Shown here one piece after another: positions 13,357 to 21,245 of a stretch of DNA of 30,133 bases. Position numbers and translations under genes: made by a program. The notes below the pieces were generated by a model that saw only the letters and a list, made by a program, of their open reading frames with translations, searched no databases and was not told the origin of the DNA. Origin of the DNA: a virus; IMG/VR virus record IMGVR_UViG_3300024581_003098, positions 1 to 30,133 of that record. One strand, 5' to 3'. Numbering within the stretch: the stretch's first letter is position 1; every line of letters begins with the position of its first letter.

Positions 13357-14220
13357 TCAAATATAGGCCTCACGGACTCCCGTCGTCCATCCCGCCTGTC
13401 CTTTTCCAGCTCCCCTCAATCTTTTGGCTTGGATGAAATATCCTCCAAGGCTAGGCCGACCAAATCCCTTTTCGGTCTCCCATCCTGAGAAGCCATCTCC
13501 TAGCATCTTGTAGGATCCGCATCGGACATGATGAATCTTCTTCTCGACCCGCTTATTTCTTTTTGTCAATCGCTCCACGACGACGGGGACATGCCATTTG
13601 TTGTGGTCGTGGCCTCTGATGATGAAATCAGCATCAGGAAATTTGGCGGTATCTATATCGGCATGAAGGACGCCCTTGGACCTTGGCGCATTCCCCCCGT
13701 AGCCATGATGATAGTGGATGAGAAAGCTCATCTGTTCGGTCTTATATGAGAGATGCCATCTGACCCAGCCTGAATATCCCCCAAGCTGGACCCTGGATCC
13801 GATTGAATTGAGGCCCTTGACCATTCTCTCAGATGGGTCGGTATGTTGCCTCTTGCGGACATTGGTCTCATGATTCCCTTGGCCATAGACAAAGAGGAGA
13901 TCCTTGTAGGGCCTGAGGAATTCAATAGCATCCTCAATGACGAGGTCAAAATAATTTTGCCCGCGGTATTCAGGCCTCAAGCCTCCAGGCAGGGTATTTC
14001 GGGGGTCGTATTTGCCACCCATGAGATCAAGGAAGTCCCCATTCAGGAAAATAGCAGATTCAGCCTCTAGAGCCTCGTCAAGATGGCTCTTGAGAAGCTC
14101 ACGATCACAATTCTTGGAATCGTAGTGGACATCCGATAGGATGAGAATCTCTTTCTTTTCATTGATGGCAACCTCTTCTCTGATTTCATGAATGTTTCTT
14201 GCGTGCTGAAGAAAAATCAT
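13357..14220 (-). CDS. Calcineurin-like metallophosphoesterase
   Basis: LILSDVHYD (DxH), NGDFLDL (GDxxD), GQGNHE (GNHE), HHGYGG and IRGHDH motifs. The track start at 14259 is TTG; the first ATG is at 14220. Confidence 0.85.
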   Translation of the reverse strand: MIFLQHARNIHEIREEVAINEKKEILILSDVHYDSKNCDRELLKSHLDEALEAESAIFLNGDFLDLMGGKYDPRNTLPGGLRPEYRGQNYFDLVIEDAIEFLRPYKDLLFVYGQGNHETNVRKRQHTDPSERMVKGLNSIGSRVQLGGYSGWVRWHLSYKTEQMSFLIHYHHGYGGNAPRSKGVLHADIDTAKFPDADFIIRGHDHNKWHVPVVVERLTKRNKRVEKKIHHVRCGSYKMLGDGFSGWETEKGFGRPSLGGYFIQAKRLRGAGKGQAGWTTGVREAYI

Positions 14221-14434
14221 TTTCAAAGAAGGACAAGCAGATAGGAAGGATGCCGACAAGATTCATGATGACAATTGGCCAAGAGATGCCATGCTCAAGG
14301 GCTTCATTGCAGGCGGTCATGACGATGACCCCTCCAATCGTCCTCTTGGCAGACCATCTCCTCAAATTGCCCTTCGTCTTGAAGGCCTGAGTGATGTCAA
14401 GATGAGATAAGAGCTCAATGAGGCTCTTGTTCAT
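14186..14434 (-). CDS. Membrane protein, 82 aa, two TM segments (holin-like)
   Basis: Hydrophobic segments TIGGVIVMTAC and WPIVIMNLVGILPICLSFF. ATGA coupling upstream. Lies within the lysis neighbourhood. Confidence 0.62.
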   Translation of the reverse strand: MNKSLIELLSHLDITQAFKTKGNLRRWSAKRTIGGVIVMTACNEALEHGISWPIVIMNLVGILPICLSFFENDFSSARKKHS

Positions 14435-14616
14435 TCTTTAGGCTTGCGACGATCTCCTGTGATGGCTGTGATGACCAAATCGAAATAGCCAAAGACGGGA
14501 CGCGCGGGATGGTCTGAGGGCAAGAGATTGACGACGACTTTCCAGAAAGCCAAGAAAGCCAGAAGAAGCTCAGCCCAATGCAAGAGCATAAAATCAAGAA
14601 GTGAATTCTGAATCAT
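14431..14616 (-). CDS. Small membrane protein, about 61 aa (lysis-cassette component)
   Basis: TM segment WAELLLAFLAFWKVVVNLL. ATG at 14616 overlaps the amidase end by 23 nt; an alternative ATG lies at 14589. Confidence 0.5.
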   Translation of the reverse strand: MIQNSLLDFMLLHWAELLLAFLAFWKVVVNLLPSDHPARPVFGYFDLVITAITGDRRKPKE

Positions 14617-15028
14617 GATAGATGAATGGATATTTCTCTTTGACGATGAAGGATGGACAGGCCTTGGATGAATATTCATTGTGGCCATGGAGAGAGAGCT
14701 CTCCAAAGACCATCCTCAGGGACCGATATAAATCAAGGAAAGCTATTTCCTGAAGCTCGGTCATATTGTCCTCAGGAGCTCCATCCTCATCGACCCCTCC
14801 AATATAACAGACGCCAATGGAATCATTGTGGCCCTTGCAATGGGCCCCGTATTCATTGAGGCTCCTCCCAAGCTCAATGGCCCCCTCTCTTGTGATCACA
14901 AAATGATAGCCGACATCTCTCCAGCCTCTATCAACATGAAGATTCCGAATCCAATCGACCCCGACATCCATGGAGGGAGGCGTCGCTGAGCAATGAAGAA
15001 TAACCCTTTTTGATAGCAGGGCTTTCAT
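14594..15028 (-). CDS. N-acetylmuramoyl-L-alanine amidase (T7 lysozyme / PGRP, Amidase_2) endolysin
   Basis: ILHCSATP, WRDVGYHFVITREG, HCKGHNDSIGVCYIGG and LHGHNEYSSKACPSF, which include the Zn-ligand His/His/Cys pattern. Confidence 0.9.
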   Translation of the reverse strand: MKALLSKRVILHCSATPPSMDVGVDWIRNLHVDRGWRDVGYHFVITREGAIELGRSLNEYGAHCKGHNDSIGVCYIGGVDEDGAPEDNMTELQEIAFLDLYRSLRMVFGELSLHGHNEYSSKACPSFIVKEKYPFIYHDSEFTS

Positions 15029-15234
15029 GCGTCAATGCCCTTCTTGGCAAGCATGATTTTTATCTCTTGGACGGCCGTCAGAAGCTCCTTGAGAGTCGCC
15101 CTGAATTCATCCCGCTCTTGCTCAATGAAGCTGATCCTGGACTTTAGCTTGCCAAGATCATTCTGAATCTTGACGTATATCCCGATGAGACCCCCTATCA
15201 GGGTGATGGCCTCCATGATGAAAGCCTCATTCAT
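15025..15234 (-). CDS. N-terminal TM + coiled-coil protein, 69 aa (holin or i-spanin-like)
   Basis: AITLIGGLIGIYV followed by an amphipathic helix. ATGA overlaps on both sides. Confidence 0.68.
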   Translation of the reverse strand: MNEAFIMEAITLIGGLIGIYVKIQNDLGKLKSRISFIEQERDEFRATLKELLTAVQEIKIMLAKKGIDA

Positions 15235-15320
15235 TTTCTTGGGAGCTTAATGGTCCAGAGGCCCCACAAAAGAATCCCAAACAGGGACCCAAGCAAAATC
15301 ATTCCTTCAGCGATGCTCAT
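15231..15320 (-). CDS. Micro-ORF, 29 aa membrane peptide (MSIAEGMILLGSLFGILLWGLWTIKLPRK); not in the ORF track
   Basis: Manual translation. ATGA overlaps at both ends. It has a single hydrophobic helix. Confidence 0.45.
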   Translation of the reverse strand: MSIAEGMILLGSLFGILLWGLWTIKLPRK

Positions 15321-15466
15321 GACCGACGAGATTCGAGAGCCTCCAAGCGCGTCAAGAGACGCTCAAGGATTGCGTAGAGGGCATGATTGTCAGAAATATT
15401 GAGGGCTTCCTCCTCTGAGAGAAAAGCCTCGGCCTTGGGGTATTGGCTCAGGATATCAGGGCTCAT
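15317..15466 (-). CDS. Micro-ORF, 49 aa (MSPDILSQYPKAEAFLSEEEALNISDNHALYAILERLLTRLEALESRRS); not in the ORF track
   Basis: Manual translation. ATGA overlaps with the fibre gene stop (15463) and the next ATG (15320). It fills an otherwise empty 230-nt stretch. Confidence 0.5.
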   Translation of the reverse strand: MSPDILSQYPKAEAFLSEEEALNISDNHALYAILERLLTRLEALESRRS

Positions 15467-16044
15467 GTCAAAAGGAATCGAATCGTGAAACAAAATCCTA
15501 GGATGGTCGTAGAAGATCCAGCCAGATTGATGCCAAGACCAAATTGAGAGTCGCTGGTCAAATCAAAATCGCTCGTGTTGAAATTGAAAACCAAGCCATC
15601 CCCTCCCGTGGCCGTCGCTGAGAGCGGGCCATTGGTCGAAGAGCCTAGATTTTGGGCCTGTCCTGTTTCATTGAAATCATAGGCGGTCAGATTGATCGTC
15701 CGACCCGTGGAGCCTCTTTGATAGAAGACGGCGACGTCATAGAGACGGCAATTCGATGGAATCGGGAGCTTGCTATACCATTGGACGGACGTCATCTCGG
15801 CCTGACTAGCTCCAGAGCAAGGGAGATAGTAGAAAGAGGCTGTTCCTGAGATATAGGCCCCTCCATGAGCGACCCAAAATTCATCCTGTTGAGGAGCAGC
15901 AGCCATGAGATTGCTGACCTCGATTTTCTTGTTTGTCCCCGCGCTGGAGAAGGTCGTATCTGAGACGTCAATGATCTGAATCAGATCGTCGTCGGCTGGA
16001 GTCGTGGCCAGCTCGGTCAGGGTCGAGATTTTTCTTGTGGGCAT
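15463..16044 (-). CDS. Putative tail fibre / receptor-binding protein, 193 aa
   Basis: The N-terminus ISTLTELATTPADDDLIQIIDVSDT...TNKKIEVSNL is the common phage fibre anchor pattern. The remainder is S/T/G-rich. Confidence 0.5.
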   Translation of the reverse strand: MPTRKISTLTELATTPADDDLIQIIDVSDTTFSSAGTNKKIEVSNLMAAAPQQDEFWVAHGGAYISGTASFYYLPCSGASQAEMTSVQWYSKLPIPSNCRLYDVAVFYQRGSTGRTINLTAYDFNETGQAQNLGSSTNGPLSATATGGDGLVFNFNTSDFDLTSDSQFGLGINLAGSSTTILGFCFTIRFLLT

Positions 16045-16101
16045 TCTTCTTCAGATAGGTCTTCAGTAGTTCAATATTGCGGAGGGTCCTCTTGTCTTTT
16101 C

Positions 16102-16665
16102 TCATCGCTTCAATCCCAAGAGCTGACGAATGATGATCTCATCTTGCAAGTCGTAGGTAGGATCTAGGTTGAGGCCTTGAGAATAATTCCGACGGGTCGG
16201 CTGGAGATCAGGATAGGTCGCGGTGTTATATTCTGGAAAATCGCTTGAATTGTAATCAAGATAGTCAATCAGCCTCTCTCGATGGAAATCCCCAAGCTCA
16301 ATGGCCCGATGAATGAGGGGCTGAAGATCAGCCATGGTCACGGCCGTCGCATTTTCTGAATTGGCCGTCGTCGCTGAATTGTTGGCCAGCCTGACTCGCA
16401 GATGAGGAATGACCTCAGCAACGGCGTATTGCGTCAGGCTTGGGATGATCTTGGTATTGGCCAAGGTCAGATAGTCCCCTGTCAATCCAGAGCCCTCGAT
16501 GTCATTGAGCATCTTTCGATAGAGCTTGCTCCCAAGGGTCGGCAAGATATATCGCTCTTGAGCTGAGAGGATAGCTGGAGACAAGAGATCATCATCAATC
16601 GTCTTGCCAAGGATAGTCGCTTTCTTGACGTAGTCAGGAGAGACAAAGAGAGTCAGGGTCGCCAT
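16102..16665 (-). CDS. Virion protein, putative head-tail adaptor (by position)
   Basis: 187 aa. The ATG abuts the portal stop (TAAATG). No diagnostic motif. Confidence 0.4.
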   Translation of the reverse strand: MATLTLFVSPDYVKKATILGKTIDDDLLSPAILSAQERYILPTLGSKLYRKMLNDIEGSGLTGDYLTLANTKIIPSLTQYAVAEVIPHLRVRLANNSATTANSENATAVTMADLQPLIHRAIELGDFHRERLIDYLDYNSSDFPEYNTATYPDLQPTRRNYSQGLNLDPTYDLQDEIIIRQLLGLKR

Positions 16666-18441
16666 TTATCTTGCGTCTTTTGGGAGATTGGGATTGTTGG
16701 GGCTGAAGCCCTTGCGGGGCATGACATTGGGCTGCATCGCTACCTTGGGATCATTCTTGGGTAGGCGATATTGAGCCCGCTCATTGAAGGGGAGATTCCT
16801 GATCGTATCATTGATCAGCTTCTGAGCCTGATTGACAGAGATTCGCTTATTGTTTTTCTGGAGGAATGTCTGTCTCAACCAAAAATGTCTACATCGAGGC
16901 CCGCCTTTGTAAAGCCAGATGTCGTATTCCTTGGCACCCCCCTCCCCAAAACCGGGGTTGGCATCGCGGGCCTGCTGGATATCCTCCCTCTTGTAGACCT
17001 TGCCTGAGCGCATCATCTTGCGGCAAAAATCGCGGCTATCATTTTTCTGCGAATCAGGGGCGTCTCCAGCGTAGAAATAGCGGACCTTCAGGATGGGGCT
17101 ATCATCTCCAGATTCTCCCTCGACGCCCGTCGAAGGGACGACAGAGGCGAAATTGAAGAGATTGTCAAGGACAGGCTCCAGATGATAGTCCACCTTTCGG
17201 CTATCAATTAGCTCCCATTCATCAGGATCGAGCTCTTCTCCCAAGGCAATGAGCTTCTCTGAGGCATCCTCCATGGAAAAGGCTTCCTCTGAGACGCGCC
17301 AATTGGCTGAAAGCTCTTCCTCAGGCTCATCAAGATCCAGGAAATCAGCAGGCTTGAGAGGCTTGAAGAAGAGATCAAGATTGATGCCATTGACCTCAAA
17401 GACAGGGCCAAGACCATCCAGAAGCAAATTCTGGAAAGGAATGACGACCGTATTTGTGAAAAGAGAATAGGAATCCCTCAGCTCATCGGCATTGTTTCCG
17501 AATCCTTGGCCATCCCCTCGGACGCCAAAGAGGAGAGGGCTCGTGACCCGATGGCCAGAGAGGACCTTGTTTGTCACCTCCGTGGAAAGGTATTGATAGA
17601 GGCCATCATTCCCATTCGTGGAGATAGGCGTGAAGGTAGGAGCCTGATCAGCAGAATCATTGAAGGTGATCAAGAGCTTGCCAGCATTGTCGGCCCCTGA
17701 AAATTTCTCCATGACCTTGCGCTCAATCTGATATCTCTCCTCATCGGTCGGGATTCCCGCCGAAAAGTTGAGCATCATGCTTGGGAAAAGCCCGCTCTTG
17801 ATGCTGGAAAGGTGGAATGTCTGAATCTCCTTGTCCAATTCAATATATCCCGTTGACCCGACGTAATCAGGGACCCCGTAATAATGAAACGAGGGGGCGT
17901 ATCGCTTGATGTGGAGCACCCTGCTGGCCTCGGTCCTGTCATTCAAATCAAATGCCTTGATGGCCTGAGGCTTGGTCCTTTGATTCCATTCCATCGCATG
18001 ATAGTAGATATCAATCTGACCATCTGGATTGGCTAGGCCTGAGCGCATGGAATGGACAGGGAGATGCTTCATCTCAGCGATTCGGGATCGATCTCTAGAC
18101 CAAATCGTATTGACATAGGCTTGGCCATAGAGCTTCAGGTCCAGAGAGAGCTTCTGGAGCAAATCTGGAGAGCTATCGGACAAAAGGGACTGAAGCCTCA
18201 ACCATTGCTCTTTCTTGCCCTCATCGAGCTCCCTATCAGTTGCATCAAGGCCCTCTCCATAGATCATGGCCCCGACCCCTGAGACAATGGCCGAATGAAT
18301 AGAGCTCTGGAGAAAGAGCCTCTCTAGGTATGAGCCATATTGATCGTCTAGGCCATAGCTGACCCATGCCTTGCCCTGCTTCTCTTGAAAGATTGGGGCG
18401 TCGTGGGATGGGACATCAAGGATTGAAAAATTTTGCTTCAT
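16666..18441 (-). CDS. Portal protein with a C-terminal MuF / SPP1-gp7-like minor-head domain
   Basis: 591 aa. The portal-like core spans about residues 1-365, followed by an acidic linker. The C-terminal domain carries DSRDFCRKMMRSGKVY...GGPRCRHFW, resembling the MuF D..C..C..G-vy / CRC pattern. Confidence 0.8.
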   Translation of the reverse strand: MKQNFSILDVPSHDAPIFQEKQGKAWVSYGLDDQYGSYLERLFLQSSIHSAIVSGVGAMIYGEGLDATDRELDEGKKEQWLRLQSLLSDSSPDLLQKLSLDLKLYGQAYVNTIWSRDRSRIAEMKHLPVHSMRSGLANPDGQIDIYYHAMEWNQRTKPQAIKAFDLNDRTEASRVLHIKRYAPSFHYYGVPDYVGSTGYIELDKEIQTFHLSSIKSGLFPSMMLNFSAGIPTDEERYQIERKVMEKFSGADNAGKLLITFNDSADQAPTFTPISTNGNDGLYQYLSTEVTNKVLSGHRVTSPLLFGVRGDGQGFGNNADELRDSYSLFTNTVVIPFQNLLLDGLGPVFEVNGINLDLFFKPLKPADFLDLDEPEEELSANWRVSEEAFSMEDASEKLIALGEELDPDEWELIDSRKVDYHLEPVLDNLFNFASVVPSTGVEGESGDDSPILKVRYFYAGDAPDSQKNDSRDFCRKMMRSGKVYKREDIQQARDANPGFGEGGAKEYDIWLYKGGPRCRHFWLRQTFLQKNNKRISVNQAQKLINDTIRNLPFNERAQYRLPKNDPKVAMQPNVMPRKGFSPNNPNLPKDAR

Positions 18442-18920
18442 GGCTCGTGGACATTGAAAGTGAGGGATTGGTCAGGGTCTTCAAATTCGACAAAGCCCTT
18501 CTCATCTGAATCTCTGGACAAAAGGGCAACCCCAAGATCGATAAACTGAGGATTACTATCATCGGTATCTAGCTGATAAACGATATACGAATAGTAGCCT
18601 GCGGGAAAATCGGGCTCCTGAAGGTCGATGATGCCCAGATCCAGGTCTTCAGTCGCTCCAGAATTGATGATGAGCCTGAGCTTGCAGGCCCTCTGTCCAT
18701 AGGTGAAAAGAGATTGATTGGCCTTGGCTGTCTTGACCTCTCCCGTCGCTCGGCTCTTGAGCGTAATCTGAAAGGCTCTATTGTTGCCATGAGGGTAGAT
18801 ATCCCTAGGGGTGATGACATAGTCCTTGGTCCCGCTTTCTAGCTGAATCATGTCTTCAAATATGGGAGGCCTCAGATTGTTCCAAAAAAAGAAGGGAGCT
18901 CCGTTGAGCCCCCTTCCCAT
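18438..18920 (-). CDS. Virion-module hypothetical protein, 160 aa
   Basis: ATG at 18920 preceded by a TGTAGATTTA box. Its stop overlaps the portal ATG (ATGA). Confidence 0.7.
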   Translation of the reverse strand: MGRGLNGAPFFFWNNLRPPIFEDMIQLESGTKDYVITPRDIYPHGNNRAFQITLKSRATGEVKTAKANQSLFTYGQRACKLRLIINSGATEDLDLGIIDLQEPDFPAGYYSYIVYQLDTDDSNPQFIDLGVALLSRDSDEKGFVEFEDPDQSLTFNVHEP

Positions 18921-18926
18921 GTTGAA

Positions 18927-18934
18927 TAAATCTA
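18927..18934 (-). promoter_or_regulatory. TGTAGATTTA box 6 nt upstream of the ATG at 18920
   Basis: The minus strand reads GGGTTGTAGATTTATTCAAC-ATG, within a 28-nt intergenic gap. Confidence 0.4.
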
Positions 18935-18948
18935 CAACCCTTCTGTTA

Positions 18949-19509
18949 TCACGAAGGATTCGTCACGGTGAAATTGGTCACCGAATCGAACGGCCAAGCG
19001 GCATCAGTCGCGTCGGCACTTGCGGCGATAAGATACGGCAAATCTGATTCTGATCCTGAGATGGTCAATGTATAGCCATTCATATCAGCGCGGGCCGTCC
19101 CTGAGGTCGCGGTCCCTGCTGTTACCTGAACGCCATTCTGGACCCCAAGAGCCCAAACATTGTCATTCGCATCGAGGACATAGACCGTCATGAGGGCTCC
19201 CACGACTTCCTTCAGCGTATTATTGTCGGCTGAGGTCATATCATGGAGGGTCACCTCACAAGCGATATCATAGGCGGCAGATCCCGCATCAGCGGCATTA
19301 ATAGTGACCGTGAATGAGCTCGTCTGAGGACGGACATCGTAGCGGTAGACAGTCGTTGACGCGCCAATTCCTGTGATCGTATTCGTATCAGATGTCACAG
19401 TCAATCCTCCATAGAAAGAAGGAGAGAAGGTCTGAAGATAGATGGCCTTGATTCCACCTACCTGATCCCGACAATTGAGGCCTCGGGCGGCACTAATTGA
19501 ACAAGGCAT
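18949..19509 (-). CDS. Structural protein, possibly the major tail (tube) protein
   Basis: 186 aa, T/S/G/A-rich and beta-type in composition, immediately after the capsid gene. The assignment rests on resemblance and position only. Confidence 0.45.
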   Translation of the reverse strand: MPCSISAARGLNCRDQVGGIKAIYLQTFSPSFYGGLTVTSDTNTITGIGASTTVYRYDVRPQTSSFTVTINAADAGSAAYDIACEVTLHDMTSADNNTLKEVVGALMTVYVLDANDNVWALGVQNGVQVTAGTATSGTARADMNGYTLTISGSESDLPYLIAASADATDAAWPFDSVTNFTVTNPS

Positions 19510-19519
19510 GTCTATCTAA

Positions 19520-20521
19520 TTAGGGAGTTGTACGACCGAAAGAGATATCAGCTCCAACGCCATGCTGGACGCCTGCGGCATAGCGCATCACGAAGCGGAC
19601 ATTGTCTGATCCATCAATTGGAGAACGATCGATCACGTTGACCTCGGTCATATTCGTGGCGATGTTTGACCCAAAATTCAGGTTGCTCTTGTAGGTTCCA
19701 ATGATCGTATCATCAGCCAAACCGGGGCAAGCGTAGATTGGATATCCGTAGATGTTGGATGGCTTGGCGTTGGCTTGGTAATCATTGGCGTAACCTGAAG
19801 AACCAAGGGCCTGCTGATAGAAGAATGCCGTCTTTGGGTTGACGTAGAGAGCGAACTCTGGATGCGCCAAGACCTGAGAGCTGACATCATCAAGGACGAG
19901 CTCCATCTTTGCGACGATATTGGTTGAGCTCAAGGCATCATCACCAAGGTCGACATCAGAGACAGTCCCATCAGTCACGAAGGTCCCGACTGAGGCCGTT
20001 GCGAAGCCCGTGAAGTTGCCTGAGGTCGCGGTATTTCCGTTCCAGATATTGTCCTCAACGCGCTGAGAGACGAGGCCTGCGACGTGAGAAATCACGTAGT
20101 CCTCGAATGCCTGAGGCATGCGTGAATTGAGAGAATTGCCTGTCTCAGAGGCTTGCCATCCCGTCCGCATGGTCTTCTTGCAAAGATCAATGTTGACTTG
20201 GAATTCCTCGACCTGCAAGACGCGCTCCGTCACGGTGACTGAGCCAGCATCTGTGAAATCACAAGAGGCATCCACGATGAGAGAGGCTCCCTCAACGCGA
20301 TTGATGACGGCCTTGTAAGGGACATTGTCCAATACATTGATCCAGCCATTGTCCAAGGTGCGCCCTGATTTCAGAGCTGCAGAGACGTAGGGGAGGGCCT
20401 GCTCTCCATTGTAGGAGGGGCTGGTGAATGATGGGCCATCAAACTCGAAACGCTTGCCCATTTTTGCGAACTCTTGGCTTTCAGGGGTCCGCTCCTGAGA
20501 TGTTTTTGAAAGATATTTCAT
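19520..20521 (-). CDS. Major capsid protein (HK97-fold type)
   Basis: About 333 aa, directly downstream of the scaffold gene. The track start at 20527 is TTG (TTGA with the scaffold stop); the first ATG is at 20521. Confidence 0.75.
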   Translation of the reverse strand: MKYLSKTSQERTPESQEFAKMGKRFEFDGPSFTSPSYNGEQALPYVSAALKSGRTLDNGWINVLDNVPYKAVINRVEGASLIVDASCDFTDAGSVTVTERVLQVEEFQVNIDLCKKTMRTGWQASETGNSLNSRMPQAFEDYVISHVAGLVSQRVEDNIWNGNTATSGNFTGFATASVGTFVTDGTVSDVDLGDDALSSTNIVAKMELVLDDVSSQVLAHPEFALYVNPKTAFFYQQALGSSGYANDYQANAKPSNIYGYPIYACPGLADDTIIGTYKSNLNFGSNIATNMTEVNVIDRSPIDGSDNVRFVMRYAAGVQHGVGADISFGRTTP

Positions 20522-20523
20522 CT

Positions 20524-21186
20524 TCAATTAGTTTGGAATGATTCAATGATCTGCTTTGCTCGATCCATTGGATTGAGAGCCTTCTCCTGAGGGCGTGAGA
20601 ATTGAGCCCGCTTGTTTGGAGAGATAGAGACGCCTTCTGAGGCTGGAGCTTGTTCCAGCTTCTCGATGCGCGTCAGGACGATATCAAATACCTGAGAGAC
20701 CTCATCTGCGAAGAGCTTGAGCTCTGCGGCAAAAGCATGGCTCATATCGACCTTCTCCTCCTCCATCTCCTCATCTTCGGTCATCTTCTTGATGGCCTGA
20801 AGGATCTTCTTCATGGTCTCCTCATCGACAACATCCTCCAGCTCAGCACGAAGGGCTTTCTCCTCTTCGCTCATCTCCTCCTCCTCAGAGAGCTCCTCCT
20901 CGGTTGAAGCGGTCTCGGCCTGAGGCTCTTCAGCTTGGCCGTCTCCAAGCTCGGCAATGCGACCCTCAGAGATTGTGATCTTGGTCCCATCCTCAAGGGT
21001 ATAGGTCCCATCTTCAAGATCCGCAGCTTCACCTGCATCATTCATGACTTTGACCTCGACACCGATGGCCATAGAATCAGCCTCAGTCACGACCAATCGG
21101 CCGTCGTCGAGCTTGGCCTCTGCGTAGAATTTTTGGAGGCTAGGGAGATTCAGGAGGCCCCGAATCGCGTTGATAGTATCAGACAT
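20524..21186 (-). CDS. Scaffolding protein (acidic, helical)
   Basis: Very acidic E-rich helices (EEELSEEEEMSEEEKALRAELE). Located between the protease-like and capsid genes. The track start at 21222 is TTG; the ATG at 21186 is used here. Confidence 0.68.
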   Translation of the reverse strand: MSDTINAIRGLLNLPSLQKFYAEAKLDDGRLVVTEADSMAIGVEVKVMNDAGEAADLEDGTYTLEDGTKITISEGRIAELGDGQAEEPQAETASTEEELSEEEEMSEEEKALRAELEDVVDEETMKKILQAIKKMTEDEEMEEEKVDMSHAFAAELKLFADEVSQVFDIVLTRIEKLEQAPASEGVSISPNKRAQFSRPQEKALNPMDRAKQIIESFQTN

Positions 21187-21245
21187 AGTAAGAGATTTTC
21201 TTTTGCCCCTAGATAGGCTCAAAATCCCTCTGTCTCCTTTCTAGC

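Noticed and set aside
20740-20935. ctcctc / ttcttc-rich tract that looks like a simple DNA repeat
   Set aside because: It is the coding sequence of the Glu-rich scaffold helices (EEELSEEEEMSEEE). There is no regular repeat unit or spacer structure, so it is not a CRISPR array or tandem repeat.
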